Source: Flavobacteriales bacterium (GTDB lineage: Bacteria; Bacteroidota; Bacteroidia; Flavobacteriales_F; PHOS-HE28). Taken from it: 64,000 bases of DNA. Shown one piece after another: positions 60,225-64,000 of this stretch (its first letter is position 1; each line of letters begins with the position of its first letter). Made by a program: the position numbers and the translations under genes. The notes under the pieces are model-generated. The model was given only the letters and a program-made list of their open reading frames with translations, did not search any database and was not told the DNA's origin. The stretch covers positions 18,760 to 82,759 of the forward strand of contig JAIOIH010000010.1 of the NCBI GenBank assembly GCA_019912395.1, read 5' to 3'.

Positions 60225-60562
60225 ATTTGATCCCAGACCAGGACAAGCGCGTTTACCCCGTCATGGATCAAGCGCTTGGTCCGCTCAATTTCCTTGCGGA
60301 GATAAGGGTTCTTGAGCGAATTCTCCGTGAGCAGGTCCACGGGCCGACCGAAAAGTTTCTCAAGCCCGTTCCACACATTGATCAACGCTCCGCCGTGTTC
60401 CAGGTCGTCGGCCACATCCACCGTTACCAGCACATCCACATCGCTTTCCGGTCCAAAGTCCCCATGCACGCTGCTACCGAACGCGAACAGTGAACTCACC
60501 CTGTTGCGTTTGCACAAGTCGATAAAGGCCTGCCTGTCCTGATTAATGAGTTCGGCGACCAT
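60119..60562 (-). CDS. Minimal nucleotidyltransferase (MNT antitoxin-type); C-terminus runs into antisense mscS
   Basis: FGSS..GDF..ESDVD, LFGRPVDL, LKNPYL; domain ends near 60260. Confidence 0.8.
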   Translation of the reverse strand: MVAELINQDRQAFIDLCKRNRVSSLFAFGSSVHGDFGPESDVDVLVTVDVADDLEHGGALINVWNGLEKLFGRPVDLLTENSLKNPYLRKEIERTKRLIHDGVNALVLVWDQIQGRLPPSIASSFSPPLMPKSKVRMGKGIMMPSLS

Positions 60563-60578
60563 ACTTCAAAGATACGCC

Positions 60579-60989
60579 CTACACCGTCGCCACCACCTTC
60601 AGCTCGATCGCGATCGGCGTGGGCAGGCAGTTGATCTCCAGCGTGGTGCGGCACGGCGGGTCGTGCTCGAAGTACTCCTTCCACAGTCGGTTGTAGATGG
60701 GGAAATCCTCCTTCATGTTGGTGAGGTACACCGTGACATCCACGATCTTCTCCCAGCTGCTCCCGGCATCCTCCAGGATCCACTTCACGTTCTGGAACAC
60801 GCTTCGCACCTGCGTTTCGATGTTGTAGCTGATGATCCGGCCATCTGTTTCCAGTTCCACGCCGGGGATCTTGCTGGTGCCGCGTTCGCGCGGGCCCACG
60901 CCGCTGAGGAACAACAGGTCGCCCACGCGGCGGGCATGCGGGTAGTGCCCGACGGGCTCTGGTGCTTTGTTGCTGGAAATGGAGGACAT
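60579..60989 (-). CDS. RidA family protein (2-aminomuconate deaminase-like)
   Basis: APEPVGHYPHARR, LFLSG, PCRTT, IELK. Confidence 0.9.
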   Translation of the reverse strand: MSSISSNKAPEPVGHYPHARRVGDLLFLSGVGPRERGTSKIPGVELETDGRIISYNIETQVRSVFQNVKWILEDAGSSWEKIVDVTVYLTNMKEDFPIYNRLWKEYFEHDPPCRTTLEINCLPTPIAIELKVVATV

Positions 60990-61092
60990 GTGCGTATCGA
61001 TCTGTGCAGGATGTGCGACGAAGGTCGGACGTATATGCCGACCAATTGACAAAGCGCAGTGGAGGAACACGGTCCATCGCGACCTTTGTGCC

Positions 61093-62178
61093 ATGGGCAC
61101 ACGCATTTGGACCGTACTCGGCTTCTTGTTCCTCGGCACGGCGTGCGGGCAAAAGGGAAACCCCATTACGCCCGCAACCGGGCCGATCACCGAGAGCGTA
61201 TACGCCAACGGACTGGTGAAGGCCGAAGGGCAGTACCAGGTATTCCCCACGGTGAGCGGTACGGTGCTGGCCCTGCTGGTGAAGGAGGGCGATACGGTGA
61301 GGGCGGGGCAACCCTTGCTGCGCATTGATGACCGCACCAGCAGCCTCTCCACCAGCAGTGCCGAAGCCCAATTGCGCCTGCTGGAACAGAATGTGCGCGA
61401 GGAGGGTCCCGTGCTCACCCGCCTTCGCGCCGCAGTGGACCAGGCCCGCGACAGGCTGAACCTGGACAGCACCAACTTCAAGCGGCAGGAGGCGCTCTGG
61501 GCGCAAGGCATCGGGAGCAGGAACGAACTGGACCAGCGCCAACTGGCCTATACCACCAGCAAGGCGGCATACGCCATGGCGACAAAGGCCTTGACGGAGA
61601 ACCGCGAACAGCTGCGCACCCAGTTGGAGGTGGCGCGCAACACCGCGGCCATCAGCGCAGTGGGTGATGCGGACCGGGCGCCCGGCAGCCTGATCGATGG
61701 CATCGTGTACGACCTGATGATCGAACCGGGCGAGCTGGCCACGCCGCAAAGGCCCGTGGCCGTGATCGGCAGCGCGAGCGACCTGTACCTGGAGCTGGAG
61801 GTCGATGAGTTCGACATCCGCTTGATCAAGCCCGGCCTGCAGGTGTTCGTATCCTTGGACAGCTATGGCGACCAGGCGTTCGAAGCGCAGGTCTCGCGCA
61901 TCATCCCGTTGATGAACGAACGTTCGCGCACCTTCAAGGTGGAGGCCCGCTTCACCAAGCGGCCGCCGCAACTCTACCCCAACCTCACCGTGGAGGCCAG
62001 CATCGTGTTGCGCACCAAGGAGAACGCCCTGCTGGTACCGGCCTCCTACATCGTGGACGGCACCTACGTGCTCACCGGCACGGATGAGAAAACCCTGGTG
62101 AAGCTCGGCGCGCGCGACATGGAAAAGGTGGAAGTGCTCGACGGTATCACCGCCAACACCACCCTCTACAAGCCGTGA
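61093..62178 (+). CDS. Efflux membrane-fusion (HlyD-type) lipoprotein
   Basis: TAC lipobox, VKEGDTV..GQPL, VDEFDI, RSRTF. Confidence 0.9.
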   Translation: MGTRIWTVLGFLFLGTACGQKGNPITPATGPITESVYANGLVKAEGQYQVFPTVSGTVLALLVKEGDTVRAGQPLLRIDDRTSSLSTSSAEAQLRLLEQNVREEGPVLTRLRAAVDQARDRLNLDSTNFKRQEALWAQGIGSRNELDQRQLAYTTSKAAYAMATKALTENREQLRTQLEVARNTAAISAVGDADRAPGSLIDGIVYDLMIEPGELATPQRPVAVIGSASDLYLELEVDEFDIRLIKPGLQVFVSLDSYGDQAFEAQVSRIIPLMNERSRTFKVEARFTKRPPQLYPNLTVEASIVLRTKENALLVPASYIVDGTYVLTGTDEKTLVKLGARDMEKVEVLDGITANTTLYKP

Positions 62179-63458
62179 TCCGGCCCATGCAGTTGCTGGT
62201 CACCATCGCCCTCACCCTGCTGCGTGCCAAGATGCGGCAGAGCGTAGTGGCGGCCGTGGGCGTGATGTTCAGCATTGCCATGTTCGTTACGCTCCTCGGT
62301 TTCATGAACGGGCTGAACCAATTGCTGGACGGCCTGACCCTTAACCGCACGCCCCACATCCGCCTCTACAACGAACTGCACGCCTCGCCGGAGCAGCCCG
62401 TGCAACTGGCCCATGATGACAGTTCAAGGAGCGACGGCGCGGCCATCCACCATTTCATCCGCTCCATCAAGCCCAAGGACGACCTGCCCCGGCTTCGCAA
62501 CGCCACCGCCATCATGTCGGCGATGGAGAAGGACCCTCGCGTTCTTGCCGTGTCGCCGCGGCTGGTGGCGCAAGTGCTCTTCAATGTGGGCACTACCGAC
62601 CTCACGGGCCAGGTCAACGGCATCGATGTGATGCAGGAGGTGCGCTACTACATGTTCCAGGACTACCTCGTGGCGGGTGATCCGTATGATCTTTCCGACG
62701 GCAACAACACCATTGTGCTGGGCAAGGGGCTCGCCGATATGATGGAGGCCAAGATCGGCGACCTGGTGCAGGTGACCACCGCCACCGGCGACCGCACCAT
62801 GTTGCGGGTAACGGGCTACTTCCAAAGCGGCATCGCGGACTATGACAAGGTGCAGTGCTACGCCAACATCAAGACCGTACAGAAATTGCTTCAACGACCG
62901 GCCAGCTACTATACCGACATCAACTTCAAGCTGCACGACCTGGAGGAAGCGCCCGCGATGGCCAAGGAACTGGCCGCGCGCTTCGGGGTGCAGGCCACGG
63001 ACATTCAGACGGCCAACGCGCAGTTCGAGACCGGCACCGACGTGCGCAACATCATCAGCTATGCGGTGGGCATCGTGCTGCTCATCGTGGCGGGCTTCGG
63101 CATCTACAACATCCTCAACATGATGATCTACGAGAAGCTCGATGCCATCGCCATCCTCAAGGCCACCGGCTTCAACGGCAGCGATGTGCGCCGGATCTTC
63201 CTGCTGCTCAGCGTCATCATCGGCATCTTCGGCGCCATCGGCGGCCTCATCTCGGGCATCCTGCTGCAACGCATCATCGACAACATCCCGTTCAACACCG
63301 CAGCGCTGCCCACCATCACCACATTCCCGGTGGATTACTCCATCCGCTACTACATTATCGCCGTCACCTTCGCGCTGGCCACCACCTGGGTGGCGGGCTG
63401 GTTCCCCGCCCGCAAGGCCAGCCAAGTGGACCCGGTGGAGATCATCCGAGGAAAATGA
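62175..63458 (+). CDS. ABC transporter permease (MacB/LolCE/FtsX-like)
   Basis: IVAGFGIYNIL, IAILKATG, PARKASQVDPVEIIRG. Confidence 0.92.
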   Translation: MIRPMQLLVTIALTLLRAKMRQSVVAAVGVMFSIAMFVTLLGFMNGLNQLLDGLTLNRTPHIRLYNELHASPEQPVQLAHDDSSRSDGAAIHHFIRSIKPKDDLPRLRNATAIMSAMEKDPRVLAVSPRLVAQVLFNVGTTDLTGQVNGIDVMQEVRYYMFQDYLVAGDPYDLSDGNNTIVLGKGLADMMEAKIGDLVQVTTATGDRTMLRVTGYFQSGIADYDKVQCYANIKTVQKLLQRPASYYTDINFKLHDLEEAPAMAKELAARFGVQATDIQTANAQFETGTDVRNIISYAVGIVLLIVAGFGIYNILNMMIYEKLDAIAILKATGFNGSDVRRIFLLLSVIIGIFGAIGGLISGILLQRIIDNIPFNTAALPTITTFPVDYSIRYYIIAVTFALATTWVAGWFPARKASQVDPVEIIRGK

Positions 63459-64000
63459 ACAAGAGCGCTCTGGTACTGGAAGTGGAGAAGGTGAACAAGT
63501 ACTTCCACGACCCCGTGACCATCCAAGTGCTGAAGGAGGTGAGCATGCAGGTGGCCCGCGGTGAGTTCGTGAGCATCACCGGCAAGAGCGGATGCGGCAA
63601 GAGCACGCTGCTGTACATCCTCAGCACCATGGACACGGACTACGAGGGCGAGCTGAAGATCGACGGTGAACCCACGCGCAAGGCAGGCCATACCCGCTTG
63701 GCCCGGATCCGCAACGAGAAGATCGGCTTCGTGTTCCAGTTCCACTACCTGCTCACGGAATTCAGCGTGCTGCACAACGTGATGCTGCCCGGCCTGAAGT
63801 TGGCCCTGAAAAGCCGCGAGGAAGTGGAGCACCGCGCCATGGAACTGCTGGACGATCTCGGCATCGCCGACCAGGCCCGCAAGGCCGCGAACCAGATCAG
63901 CGGCGGCCAAAAGCAGCGCGTGGCCATCGCCCGGGCCATGATCAACGACCCGCTCATCATTATGGGCGACGAACCCACCGGCAACCTCGACAGCCGCAAC
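63455..64000 (+). CDS. ABC transporter ATP-binding protein (LolD-like), runs off window
   Basis: ATG 63455; [40 protein letters not shown]. Confidence 0.94.
   Translation, partial: MNKSALVLEVEKVNKYFHDPVTIQVLKEVSMQVARGEFVSITGKSGCGKSTLLYILSTMDTDYEGELKIDGEPTRKAGHTRLARIRNEKIGFVFQFHYLLTEFSVLHNVMLPGLKLALKSREEVEHRAMELLDDLGIADQARKAANQISGGQKQRVAIARAMINDPLIIMGDEPTGNLDSRN

Overview
GC-rich Bacteroidota chromosome segment, Flavobacteriales-like, judged from TAnnTTTG-type -7 promoters, T9SS genes and the split atp operon. It is mostly core and stress genes: the sprE/porW-bactofilin-atpZ-atpBEFHAG cluster, an exbB-exbD-exbD-tonB-tonB-PstS-like-TPR locus, pgi/pmi-lpxD-uvrC, asnS, hsp20, a TetR-TolC-MFP-RND efflux operon, cbpA-cbpM and an ABC exporter. 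I saw no rRNA, tRNA, CRISPR array, transposase or integrase. Best candidate for an undescribed system: a co-oriented module of a large PLP amino-acid decarboxylase, a translationally coupled ATP-grasp ligase with an ~80-aa histone-H1-like basic tail, and a C45 Ntn-hydrolase (8404-14451). Other signals: (1) a GxxExxY nuclease-fold cassette bounded by 28-bp inverted repeats inserted in that module, with a gene-less sister element at 16924-17216; (2) a Balon-like ribosome hibernation factor between two tonB genes, behind a class II CRP/FNR-type box; (3) a dinD cassette flanked by a duplicated gene end and terminator; (4) a perfect sigma-54 promoter before hsp20; (5) several apparently leaderless genes. 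All protein family calls are by-eye motif recognition, not database searches.
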